From positions 124,001-188,000 of the forward strand of contig NW_003314275.1 of the NCBI RefSeq assembly GCF_000143415.4: a stretch of DNA of 64,000 nucleotides, in the 5' to 3' direction. The notes beneath the pieces are model-generated. The model saw only the letters and a list, made by a program, of their open reading frames with translations, searched no databases and was not told where the DNA came from. Below are positions 12,201 to 24,111 of the stretch, piece by piece. The position numbers and the translations under genes are program-made. This DNA is from Selaginella moellendorffii (Eukaryota > Plantae > Lycopodiophyta). Positions within the stretch are counted from its first letter, which is position 1. Every line of letters starts with the position of its first letter.

Positions 12201-15200
12201 CGTAGAGCACTTGGACCAAGTGCAAATGTGGAGTGGCATGGATGCCATTCTCGGGGCTAGCAAGCCCCAAGCCCTAACTAGGACTTATGGAGGTTGTGAA
12301 TGAGACTCCTCCAAGTGGTCGGAGGTGCGGTTAAGTGACTAGAGTAAAATGAAAAAATTAGTCGCTTACAAATTGCTTAATGAAAAAGCCCTTAATAGCT
12401 ATTGCTTGATGAAAGAGCCCTTAATAGCTATTTTATCCTCATTTATCCCCCAAGGTTCCAAGGATCCACAGTAACAGTATATTCAAATCTCATTCCATAA
12501 TCACATGCGCTACACTCACCCCCTCTTTAGAGATGTTAATGTCCTCATTGACTATTGACTAACAACCCCTACTAAGCCAAGGGAAACCAACACCTCCATT
12601 TCTGCACTCAATCTACCAATCCTTCCATTGTGTAAATTAATTATTCCATGTGAGGCAACTAATCATCCATTTATACTGCAGTCCCACGGTGGATACCTTT
12701 GTCTAGGATACTCTTCAAGAGGTGGATACCTTTGTCTAAGATACTCCTCAAGAGGAAGGACATACGTATAGATACCCAATACATATGATTTTCAAATTTA
12801 GGGGTAGAACTATACCTTACTCAAGGGTATATTATATTTTAAATAGCCACTAATCAATGGGAATCGAACTCGTGCCATTTGCTCCGATACCAACTGTAGC
12901 GCATCTTATCTCTCTCTCCTTAAGCCAACTAGAAAAGGGGCAATTGCTTGATGAGATAACTCTTAATAGCTATTTTATCCCCATTTATCCCCCAAGGTTC
13001 TAAAAATCCACGGTGACAGTATATCCAAATCCCATCCTATGCGCTACAAGTGATCACCCCTTTAGCCAGTTGGCTTAGGGTGTAAGAGATAGGATCTTAA
13101 CAATATTATAAGCAAAAATGAAAGCCATAGCAAGGAAGAATGCAAACTTTAGCTGATCAAGTGTCAAATTTGTAAAAAAAGGGGCATTCAACTAAGGAGT
13201 GTAGAACATTGTTTAAATAACTAAGAGGCTAACAAGTAGTCTGAATTGATAAAACAATAATAGTTATTATAAGAGGAACGATTAAAATAATAATCAAGCA
13301 CCAAACATGAATCCCCACGCACTGAAAGGTAAGATGACCATTAGGATTATCCACCTAAGAGTAATTTTCAAGATTATCCACCTAGCTATAAGGAAAATAA
13401 ACTCATAAACTATAATCGGCCTAAAGAATATGATCAGCCTAAATGCTACAATAGATGGGCATTCAGGATTAGTATGGATCTATACTCGGAGTAATTTTTT
13501 GAAACATAATATTATGAGTTTTTTAGGATTTTGTATTAGAAGTGTTTAACATAAATTATTTTTTCTCCATTGTTTTGTCTTTTCTTCTCTATTGTTTTTA
13601 TCTTTATCTCAGTAGTTTATTTCCTTTCCTCTCAATGACAAACTCCTAACAATAAGTTGCAATAATTATGCCAAAGCTTCAAATCTACATCTGCCTATGC
13701 ATTTGAGTTTTAGATGATTGCTATTAATATTTCATGGGATGATATAGTTTTTAAGGAACAATTTTGGCTTGGCCTCCATAATAATAAAGATTTCACATAG
13801 ATCTAATATCACTCATGATTGCTATTAATCTTGCAAAAATGTCGACTAAAGCATTATTTTCCATTAATGGCCTTAGTCTTTAAGCAACCAACACATGAAT
13901 ATGGCACAATTCTAATGAAGATTGGAGCCATACATCAACGATATTTTTCAAATACTAAATGACAATGTTAGATTAAGAATTATTTTTGCATGTATTGTGG
14001 AGATACAAACCACTTCTAGGAAATACCATTTTTGTTAAAGTAGGTCTCATTTAGTATTTTAATCACTTTTCTAAATTTTATACTTATATTAGATTAATCA
14101 TGTTTAATTAGATATTTAATTAATATTAATCTAGAAAATGTTTCTTTAAATAAAGTATACACTACTAGTAATATCATAAATTAAATGTTTTTACAATGTT
14201 GTAACTTCAAATTTTGATTGTATGTTGCCCAAGAGTAGTCATTAATATAAACATGATGAGCATAATACATTCTACCATCACCATCCAAAATACTCTTTAT
14301 ATCAATTTAAGCTTTCTCTCAAACAAATTTTTAGGATATATGATACAAATGATGAAAAGAATGATGGTTTCTAAGAGATTTGGGAAAATTAGAAGAAAAT
14401 AATAAGAAGGTAAATATACCTTGAACTCAAATGTTACTGAGACAAAACTGAGTAAAAACCAAAGATAAACTCTCCAATATGAGCAAAGTTGTTGATGTGA
14501 GGCAAGATGCCCCAAATGATGAACCTTATTAGAATAGATGTATAAGGTTTGAGAGCATTAGACCAAAGAGAGCCTCCTAACACTTTAACAGAGATATAGT
14601 CCTAGATGAATGTGTATAGAAGGCTACTCCCAGAACTAGATAAATATCAACTTACCATGCTTAGATATATGTTGATGACGAGATGGTAAATGTTTGTGAG
14701 CAAGTGAAACATAATTGCATATAACCACATACAAGAGATTAGCCATGATCCATAATGCACTTTTTACCATTGTTATAAAGTCTAATGCCCCATATTCTTT
14801 CAATCTATAAATAAAATTATTTTTGTTAAAGTGATACTCACAAATTAATTTAAGACTCTCAAAGTAATAATAAAATCCACCTCAAATCACATATCCATCT
14901 CCATTAGGCACAGCATCTACTGATTTGGTTCTTGGACACATGACCAAGCTCCTCCGCTACTGCTGCTACTGCCACTTCCGGAAGATCTTGCCTCTCAATC
15001 CAAAACCCTCAAATGGTCGCACCCCACGGCCCTGCTTGTGGCACATGAGGCTCCATGGAACTATCCATGGAACTCATCAACGCTGCAGAAATAACTCCAA
15101 AATCGTCACCAGTGATTGTTGGGCATCCAGACAAGATGCCCACCACCAAGGAGGAGGCTGAGGCCAAGTTTGAGGCTTACAGACTCTAAGATTCTCAAAC

Positions 15201-15599
15201 TGTCTTGCTCTATATGGCGTACCATTTGCACATACAAACTCACTAAGTAGGCAGCTACTTCAATTTCTATACAGTATAGTATAGAGACTTCTTGACTTGA
15301 TGTAATACACACTGATCAATAGCCCTTGGAACTCTTTTTTAGTGATCACTCTTTCAACAAATGAAGTTATAGTAGAATATGGCATGGAAAGCACTATAGC
15401 AATTGCTTTCTCCACCATTTGAATGTATTGCGAAGCTAAAGGGGTGTAAAGGCAACATGGTTGGATGCAACCATAGCTTCTTGGAGGAAACGCATGGCAG
15501 TAAGTGAAACCAGCCAGCTCCTCTGGCTTTGGAAACACTGGCAAGGCTTGTTTACCTTGCTCAGAGATGTCCACCCCACTCCACTTGCCACTGCTCTAG

Positions 15600-16110
15600 T
15601 CGTAGGCCTTGAGCCTGCCATCCCAGAAAAAAAAAACTCACTGGCAAGGCCTCCCGTGGGAGGCATGTCTCTCGCTACCCACGCCATCACCTCCCAAGTG
15701 TTGGTGCTCGAGTAGAAGGTGTGAAGGTGGTGGCGGCCACGGACCCAGAACCGGCACGCACTTGCAACCTTGTCTGGCTGTGTTGGTATGAAAAGTCCTG
15801 CTCAGTGTCATCCTCGAGCACCGGCATGGCGGGGAGGATGCGCTGCAGTCCAGTGACTGGGTTGCACAAGGTGGGCATCGCTGCAAAGGGCAAGGAGTGC
15901 GTGGGCCCTTGCTGGCCTGGTACCCAAGATGAGGAGCTGGTTGCCGTGGTGTCCAACACGCTCCTCCCTCGTCACTACACCCCCTTGGGCCTCATCTGCA
16001 GCCTCCGCAATGACTGGTGCTTCCGCGCGACTGTGGGCAAGTCACGCGCCCTTGTCTTTGTCTTGGTGCTCCTCTCCTTCCTCTCCTTCCTCTCCCTCCT
16101 CGGCCTCCCG
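15600..16110 (-). pseudogene. F-box/kelch-type protein fragment
   Basis: LCNPVTGLQRILPAMP (F-box-associated motif); kelch-like FYSSTNTWEVMA and WDGRLKAY; stops and frameshifts; GC-rich. Confidence 0.55.
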
Positions 16111-16219
16111 CACCTCACCTCGCAATTCCCTCTCAATAGCTCTGCGCTCCATTGACCTAATTTTCCTGACATCATTGATAGGTTTTTAGACATGGTTTTT
16201 CTAACAAAAACCATGGTCA

Positions 16220-16444
16220 CCTGTGAATGTCCTCGTGGCTGAAAATCAGTTCATACTGATCGACCTTAAGTTTGCATATCGGGTAGACATAGAGCACTTG
16301 TACAGTGACAAGAAGGAAGCAGCTGCATCTGATTGTCACAAGCTGCTTCCCTGCCTGCTGGAGTTGTCGTTGGGTTTGTGCCTCAAGGTTCAGGTGATTG
16401 TAGAAATGCTGGGGAAGTGTTGGGCCTGTTTGCAAACCACATAG
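16220..16444 (+). pseudogene. Possible protein-kinase-like C-lobe fragment
   Basis: PVNVLVAENQFILIDLKFA resembles kinase subdomains VIb-VII (NVLV...LID); no N-lobe is present. Confidence 0.3.
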
Positions 16445-17025
16445 TCTGGATCACGTACTCAGGGACAGACAAGGTTCTTCTTGCCGGCAGCTGATGGTTG
16501 CTTTCCTCTGCTGAGAATCTAAAGTTTATGTTGTCAGAATAGACACAAGAGTGTTTTGGAGGTCTGTGGTGGTCCATGTGGCAGAGGTACTCGCTCAGAT
16601 CCCTTGCAGGTGACTGGCGTGCCTAGAGTGCCGCCCATTGTCCAATGCGACGAAGCATTACCCGAAGTTCAAAGAGCATAGTGGCACCCCAAGATTATAC
16701 CTGCTATACAGGCCTGAGCCAAGCCAAGTGCTACAACCATCGTGACAAAGGTTGGGATATAGAAGTGCACATCCCTCCAATGTTTCACTCTCTTGTTTGC
16801 TAGGCCGGGCCGAATTGCTCTCACTCCGCACGGTGAGGAATGGAATCCATTTTACTCTTGTGTGAAAAGTACATAGTTTTTAAATTTACACTAAGTTTTT
16901 CAAACCCCTCAAGTAGTCCCGAATCAATTTCGACATGAAGACCTCGATGAAGCCCCATTTACTCTGCACCGTCTTTGTTGCGGATGACATCCCTGGCTTC
17001 ATATGCCGCTAACGGTGGTTGTAGG

Positions 17026-17460
17026 CTCCACCCTGGAGAAGAGCAACAAGATCCCCAGCAGTCCCACTGGAAAAGGTGGGAGAATTCTCACCAGTGAGCC
17101 CCCCAAGAGAAGCCCCAGCACAAGCTTGCCACCGCCACCCACTCGTGGCTCCGAAACGATACTGCCCAGCCAGTCCTCCAGCGCCATGGCAAACCGGGAG
17201 AGCTCCAAACCAGCAGCCCACCAAGTTCATGAGCCCCACGCTCACCGAGACTTTGGTCGGAGTCACGGCGTCCTTCTTGGCCGGGAAGAGATCGCTCGAC
17301 GGCTTGCAAACCACCACCACCGAGTTGAGGATGGTGAGAGGGAGCTGCGGGATGGCGGCTCTCACAAACCCCGTCTTCCAGTCGTGGGAAGAGATTCGAG
17401 CGATCCGTGGCGTGGCCGGGCCAAACTGGAGCTCCTTGAAAATGCCAAAGAGTACCCTCT
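17026..17460 (-). pseudogene. Molybdate transporter (MOT1/MOT2, SULTR5 family) internal fragment
   Basis: DWKTGFVRAAIPQLPLTILNSVVVVCK..DLFP..VSVSVGLMNLVGCWFGALPVCHGAGGLAGQYRFG, then a frameshift to KLVLGLLLGGSLVRILPPFPVGLLGILLLF; truncated at both ends. Confidence 0.9.
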
Positions 17461-17503
17461 TTAATCACGAGGACACAGAATCTACACTCACACTAGTTTC
17501 AAA

Positions 17504-17614
17504 CAAGTGTTTGGAGCCAAAGCTCAGTGTGAAAAAGAGTAAGTAAAACTTCATAATTTGTTCTGTCCACAATCAATCTGAGAATTTTTCTGGACTGCAG
17601 AGGCAAAGCGGTGA
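17504..17614 (+). pseudogene. Orphan 3'-end fragment of a paralog of the NTPase-nuclease genes (exon end, intron 17539-17600, last mini-exon)
   Basis: CAAGTGTTTGGAGCCAAAGCTCAGTGTGAAAAAGA|GTAAGTAAA is nearly identical to 41141-41185 and 48126-48169; acceptor TGCAG at 17600. Confidence 0.8.
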
Positions 17615-20370
17615 CTGCACCAGCTCAATTCTTTGCCTACATTGTAGCTTTTGGTCACTTTGCACTTTTGACTGTTCTAGAGCGAGAGAGGACGTCCTTA
17701 TGTGTGTGGCCAGAAGAGAGATGCTACAGTCTGAAAAAGCTGGTTCTTATGTACAGTTTGAAAAGTTGGTCCCCACGAGTCCATTGAGGTTATCCTGGAG
17801 CTTGCACACGAATAGTTCAAATGGACGAGAGGAGAGAAGTATAATATGCACATAGTTTATATTTAACTTTTAACTATTCTCTAATTGTATTAATAAGCCA
17901 GATCTTCAATGTGCTTTTGTTTTTCGCAACTATACAGCTAAAAACCTGTGTGTGGCAAATTCAAGATGACATGCAATTAAAGCTATGATGCAATGGAATG
18001 ATTATCTTGGTTCAAAAAGAATTCCCAAGTTTAAAAGACATTAGGACCACATAGTACTCAAAGTTTTGATAGTGTTGTGTGAATCTGATGTGGAGTGATT
18101 GTTAAATTCTCTCCCTTTTGTGGTTAAGCACGAGAGACTGCTTCAATATTATTGTTCAAGGGCATAGGAGAGCTGGGAGGAAGGCGGCTGCTCTTGAGTT
18201 TCAAGGCGGGAGTTGGGGACTCACTAGCCTTCTTGTCTCAATTAGGCTGCTTTGAAGAGATCTGGCGATGGAATCAATTGCAGACCTGCTGGTTCGGCTT
18301 TTCATGGTTTGCAGACTACAGTCTTTCTAGATCTGCTCAAGTTTGTGTGCCTTTTTATCATGGAGGTACTGCCCATCGCCACAGCTCGAATCTGCCTTTG
18401 CCCTCACCTATCCTCTCCACTTCTTTCTTGAGCCAATCTCCATTCAGATTTTTCGGCAGCGGCCGCGCAGTGGATGGGTGAAAATTTCGTTTCTTTCGAC
18501 CTCACCTGGAAAGTAGAGGCCCTCTGCAAGCATCTATAATCTTTCGTCCCGATTTAGCCTTTGTGTGCTTGCCGCAATTACCATCTTTTTTTAGGCGGCA
18601 TCTGCAGCAGGGGAGCCTTTTATAGTTTATGTGCTTTTTGCGACCTTATTCGTGAGGATATGCTGCTGTGACATCAGGCTTCATGTGTATACTCTGCTCA
18701 CTCACACCAACGGCTTTCGGGAGGTTCTTCATACTTTTGCTTCAATTCGGCGACCGCATGTTGCGAGTGGCTATTCTTCGCGAGTGTGCAGGCTGGGTAT
18801 TTCGCGCTATAGCATTTCGCGCTGACCATTCTATATTGCCTTATTTGGTCAATTTCGACACCTGGTGTAGAAGTTATGTCACGGACCCTGCCGAGCTGCG
18901 TACTGTGCACGGTCTCCTGGATATCTTCTGGGTCGAGCAACGTTTTTGAAAATTTCGACATGTTTTGGTTTCTGCAGATCTGTGTCTTGCATATGTGACC
19001 ATTTTTGTACGCTTCTGCCGTTGGATGCAGCTGCTGCTATCAAGTTTGTTTGGGTGGCACCTGCAGTCTTCACGGGCTCAGCATTATCTTCTGATTGGTG
19101 CAGCGAATTGGACTGTTTCTGCTTTCAACCTGTAGCAGACAGCCTGGGCTTTGATGTGATACTGTGACATTTCGGATTTCAAGCTCGTGTTTTTTTTGGT
19201 GAACAGGTACTTAACATGCAACATGGTTTTCACTTCGTTATTGCAATCTGCTTGTTGCTATCATTGGAGGAGGAAAACAGGTGAGCTTCAGCCATCTGTT
19301 GGTAGTGGCTTTAGGCTACTTCTTCATGTCTTCTTCCATTTTGACGTGCGTATATGGTATGGTGGTCAGTCAGAGGCGGTATGTGGATTTGCATGAAGGA
19401 CTGGAAGAATCTGTTTGTAGTGCAATGATTTGGAGGCTGCTTCATCAACAGATCAGTTTAATAGCCAAAAACAATATTCCTAAGACTTGCTTTGTGTACA
19501 CTATTTGGTTTATACAAGTTTTTGGTGATGTCATTTGGTTTGAACAATGCTCCAGCAACTTTCCAGCGGATTATGGACAAGGTTCTTTATGATATGCCAG
19601 AGGTGACTACTGACTTCATTGATGATGTCTTGATTCACTTGGAGGGGACATGAGAGGAGCATATTCGTGATGTGTGTAAAGTGTTGGATTGGCTACGGGA
19701 TGGTGGTTTAAAGCTGAAGTGGTCGAAATGCGTGTTTGGGTCCAAAGACACAACTTATCTTGGGTACCGTATTTCTCGTGAAGGTTCGCAAGTTGATCTT
19801 GACAAACTTGTGGCTATTTTAAAGCTCCCTACTCCAAAGTGTGTGAATGATGTTGTGAGACATAAATCCTTAAGCCCCAAAGTGGAGCCGAAAGGGTGCC
19901 ATATGGTAGTGGCCGAAGCAAAAGCCAAACAAGTGTAACACGTTTGGACTAAAAGGCTTCAACTTGAAAGGTTGAGAGCGGGAGTGGAACTCCCAACGGA
20001 GTGCTCAAGGAACGAGCATGAAGCGAGCAATAAATGAGGCTCCAAAAAGGGACCCAAAAGGACCAACACATGACACATGGAAGTGTCCGAGATGGACCCG
20101 AGATGGAGTCCGAGGTGGACCCGAGATGGACCCAAGATGGATCCGAGATTGAGTCCGAGGTGGACCCGAGATGGACCCGAGATGGATCCGAGATTGAGTT
20201 CGAGACGGACCCGAGATGGAGTCCTAGATGGACTGAGACGGAGTCCGAGATGGAGTCTGAGATGGAGTCCGAGGTGGACCAAGACGGAGTCCGAGATGGA
20301 GTCCGAGATGGACCCGAGATGGAATTCGAGAAGGACCCGAGATGGAGTCCGAGGTTGAGACCGAGACCGG

Positions 20371-20402
<32 letters not shown>

Positions 20403-23400
20403 TTGGGACCGAGACTGAGGCCGAGGCCGAGTCCGAGTCCGAGTCCGAGTCTGAGTTCGAGTCTTAGAGGGTGAAAGCCCAAAGTGTTCGTCTCCCAGAC
20501 CCTGGGGGGTTTGGTGAGCTCCAAAAGTATAGTAGGGGGAGGACTGCAATGGAGCCAGTTTGGCCAGGAAAGGCCAGTTTGGCCTAGAAAGGCTGTACCT
20601 AGTGTTGGGTGATGAGCTGCCCACTGGGAAGTCCAAGACTAGAGTGAACACAGACCGACAAGCGGGGTAGCTTGGTGAAGTGTTCAAGAGCCGGCTCTAG
20701 TTCCCCCGGGAGATCTACTGGTCGATGCTCCCAGTTCAAGTGTGGGTGGCACTACCTACTTGGATACCAGGCGTGGCTCAATGGAACCTCGCTCTAAACC
20801 CATGGCTAGAGCACCCAAAGGCAGAAGGCGGGGAGAGTATCCACGAGGCTTGCATAAGGCCACGGTGTTCTGAAATGTTGTCCTGAAGGCCCAGACTGTG
20901 GAAAGGAAGAGGAGTAGTGTTCTGGTGTGGTAACCAAGGACACAGTCACATAGTGAGGAAGTCCTAGAGGACAATGAGACTTAGTGGTCAGGCTTGTGGG
21001 CCTTAATCCAGTGGCAGTGTTGGCGAACACGGCCATGGACAGAAAGGGACTTGGTGGGGACCGGAAAGGGGATATTGGGGAAGGTTATTCCCTATGTCTA
21101 GGGGCATCCTAAGGTTGCTAAGGAGTGGATCTAGGATGATCACTCATGGACGAATGGCCCAGTCTTTGAGAGACGGGACTATGATACAGGTGGTGTCAGA
21201 CCACCGATGTGACTAAGGTGAATGGGCATGGGCTTAGCGTAACGGGCTGATATGATGATGGTACCTTGGGGTGTCAGTCATGGGATCGGACACGTGGAGC
21301 ACTTGGACCAAGTGCAAAGGTTGAATGGTGGGGATGCCATTCTCGGGGCTAGCAAGCCCAAGTCCAAAATAGGACTTATGGAGGTTATGAGTGAGACTCC
21401 TCTAAGTGGTTAGAGGTGTGGTTAAGTGACTAAAGTAGAATGGAAAATTTAGTCGCTTACAACTTGGTATTAGAGTTGTTCCTTAGTCTGACTTTTATTG
21501 GTGCTGAAGTATATCACCACTAGTGTTGGCATTGGAAGGTCCTAGGAGTGGGCTTGTCCTTGAGGAGTAGCAAGTCGGGAAGACATGGCTCTCCACTACA
21601 ATTCACGTGTGAACTTGTAGGCAAGGTGGTGGATAGAAAAGGGCCAATGATGGAACGACTTTGGGATCTTGGGAACAGTGTAAAGCTTTCCTCATTGAGT
21701 GAGGATGTGATCCAAATGAGCATTTGATGCAACAAACAAGCTAACATAGTTGTGGTAAACAACTATAGTTGGGATTACGGGAAAGATGCAAACTCCAAAA
21801 CAATAAAGGAGTTATAAGATTACCCTTATATAGTTGAGGCTGGTGCTCATAACTTTGAGACCGGAATTGATGACCATGGGAGGTCGAATACAGAAGAGGA
21901 CACAAGTCTTCAAAATGGTAGCTGGGGCTACCTCTAATAAATGCTGGAACAACCCAAGGAGTTGGGGGTGTACTCGGAAGATGAGTTGGTATTCTCATCA
22001 CATGGATAAGTGGTCCTAAGGGGCAAAAGGTTGCCCCAAAAGAACAAATCAAGTGTTGGAGTAACACTTGCAAAGATGGTCCTTGTGAGTAGGACCTGAA
22101 TACAAGAAGTTGTATTCTAGTGAGCTAATAGCTCAAAGGTAGGACCTCACGGGTCATCGGATGATAAAGTCCAAAAAGCTGGATGACTCAAATAAGAGTC
22201 AAGGAATAATCCTAAGGGATTGGTTGAAACATTTGGACTGAAGTGTATGGTGCCCCATGAGGTATGGGGAGGATGATAAGATCCAAGTATGAGAACAGTA
22301 GATATCTCATTGATGGCAGAATGTGCCATACTAAAATTGTGGGAAAGATGTTCCAAGAAGAAAGCAACTTTGGCCCAGAGTTGGGTGCAAACACTATGGT
22401 GCAGTGCTAACGAATAGTTAGTATGAGGAACAACCATATTGGCCTTGGCAAAGACCTAGACATTAATAAGTAGTGTCATAAGGATAGGCTCGTGGGGCCA
22501 ATGGTGTGGAGACACTAAATGTGCCAAGGTGTGATACCTTGAGGTTATGTTGGTGGGTTCATAAGAACCTCTTGCCAAAGGGAATCCCAACGGAAATGGA
22601 AATGGCATAGCCTAAAGCTAGAAGGCATGTGGTAGAGTGTGGTGACGAAAACAATGATGGAAGTGTGGAAGCACCAGCAATAAGTTATAGGACTTGACAA
22701 CTATGAGGCAACTAAGCAAGAGGGCAGTTAATTGGTTAAACGGGTAAAAGGTAGCTACCCAAGACTTCTTAATGGCATAAAGAAGTAAAATATACCCTTA
22801 TCAAGGATAAGTTGTTTATGTTGCGATATAATGAGTCAATGTCATAAAAGGAAATGCTCATTGTCAAGGAGGCCATCATTGGGACACCCAAACACTCTAG
22901 AACACTAGAAAGTGGTGTTTGGTGTCATGAGGGCAATGGATAATGCCTAAGGGATAAAGTCCCTAACAAATGATGGATAGAAGGTACTATCCAAATGTCC
23001 AAGGTTGCGGTGACGGGAGAAGTCTATCTACCCAAATCGAACAAAAGCTAAAGATGGAATTTTGGCGGGGCTAGTGATGGGCATATGAAGGCCCATAAGT
23101 AGCAACAGTAATCCTAGTATGGGGGATTACAAGGTGAACAAACCCGAATTGAGGAACCACTCCCTAGGTGGTTGAGTAAGTTCATCCTTATGAATACTTG
23201 CCAAGGCATGGTAGAAAGTGCAAAGCTATCTTCCTAGTCTGGAGGAGAATAACAAAAGGAAATGTATGAGGCCAAAAGGCATGTAGTATGGGGATAGAAC
23301 CGAACCATAGGAATTGATAGGCATGACCAAGGGTGGTTATGCAAGTATGGAGTGGAGTGTTACTAGCGACCGGGATGCCATGGAGAGTCTAAAGCATGGG

Positions 23401-24111
23401 ATTGTCCATGTTGGACTATATGGTAATTGGAAAACTTGCGAAAGGAGAGGCCTTAGCAAGCCAAAGAATAGAGTTCCTTGAACGTTCCCCTAGGTAGATA
23501 AGTACTTAGTCAGCCAAGTGTAAATGGTTCATAGGACGCACGAAATCAGAGTGGCGCAGCAGAAGCGTGGTCTTGAAGCTTGCCATGAGGCGAGGCTATC
23601 AAGATTGGGGAAGTAGTTCCCGAGTGTTCAAAAAGAGGGCTTTGAACAAAAGCTGATGGTTAGGGACTTTCACGCTTATGCATGAACTATGTTATGGTGG
23701 CCGAATGACTTGCTAAGTGAGATTGGCAAGTCGGGGGGAACGAATACCCTAGTTGAAGGAGCCAACTTCAAAGGGGTGGCCCAGGGGGCCGAGCATGGAG
23801 GAGTCCATGCATGATCACAAAACATGTCAAGTGAGAGGACTTGGCAGTGCAGAGGAACTAGGTTCCTAAGCTGTGATCTGTAGCGCACTTTAAATATAAA
23901 TTGGTGCACCAGCGTGGGGAGTCACGCCAGGCATCCGGTGTGATGCTGTTCGTAGATGCATATACAGAGGTTGGGTTTGAGTCCCAACCCTCTAGTGCTT
24001 GGGTTCGATGCAACATGTATGTACATTTCTCCAAGTCCCTTAGGGACTGATACAAAAAACAAGAATCCCTTAGCACTATTCACTCAACTATGCTGTCCTG
24101 CAATTCTCTAC

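Larger units (their letters stand above)
4980..12370 (+). mobile_element. Non-autonomous large LTR element (LARD-like), copy 1
   Basis: LTRs 4980-6632 and 10687-12370 (TGTGAG..CTTACA); PBS TGGTATCGGAGC 6636-6647; PPT GGGTGGTGGAG; TSD AATTG; ~4 kb internal region without recognisable pol ORFs, conserved with copy 2. Confidence 0.92.
4928..13048 (-). mobile_element. TRIM-B (LTR ~155-190 bp); its left LTR is split by LARD copy 1
   Basis: TGTAGCGC..GCGCTACA termini; LTRs 4928-4979 + 12376-12514 and 12895-13048; reverse PBS GCTCCGATACCA 12881-12892; reverse PPT CTCACCCCCTCT at 12515; TSD AGTGA at 4923-4927 and 13049-13053. Confidence 0.88.
4584..13102 (+). mobile_element. TRIM-A (LTR ~104 bp); its 3' LTR is split by TRIM-B
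   Basis: LTR1 4584-4687 (TGTT..AACA); degenerate PBS TTGTTATCATAGC; PPT GAGGGGGGG; LTR2 4873-4927 + 13054-13102; TSD ATACT/ATATT (one mismatch). Confidence 0.8.

Noticed and set aside
17003-17546. Plus-strand ORFs 17003-17464 and 17076-17546 as real or fusion genes
   Set aside because: They are antisense to the MOT fragment; the KCLEPKLSVKKSK tail is fortuitous read-through into the paralog fragment
18152-19400. Several short ORFs on both strands
   Set aside because: No recognisable motifs; left as an unassigned part of the fragment mosaic
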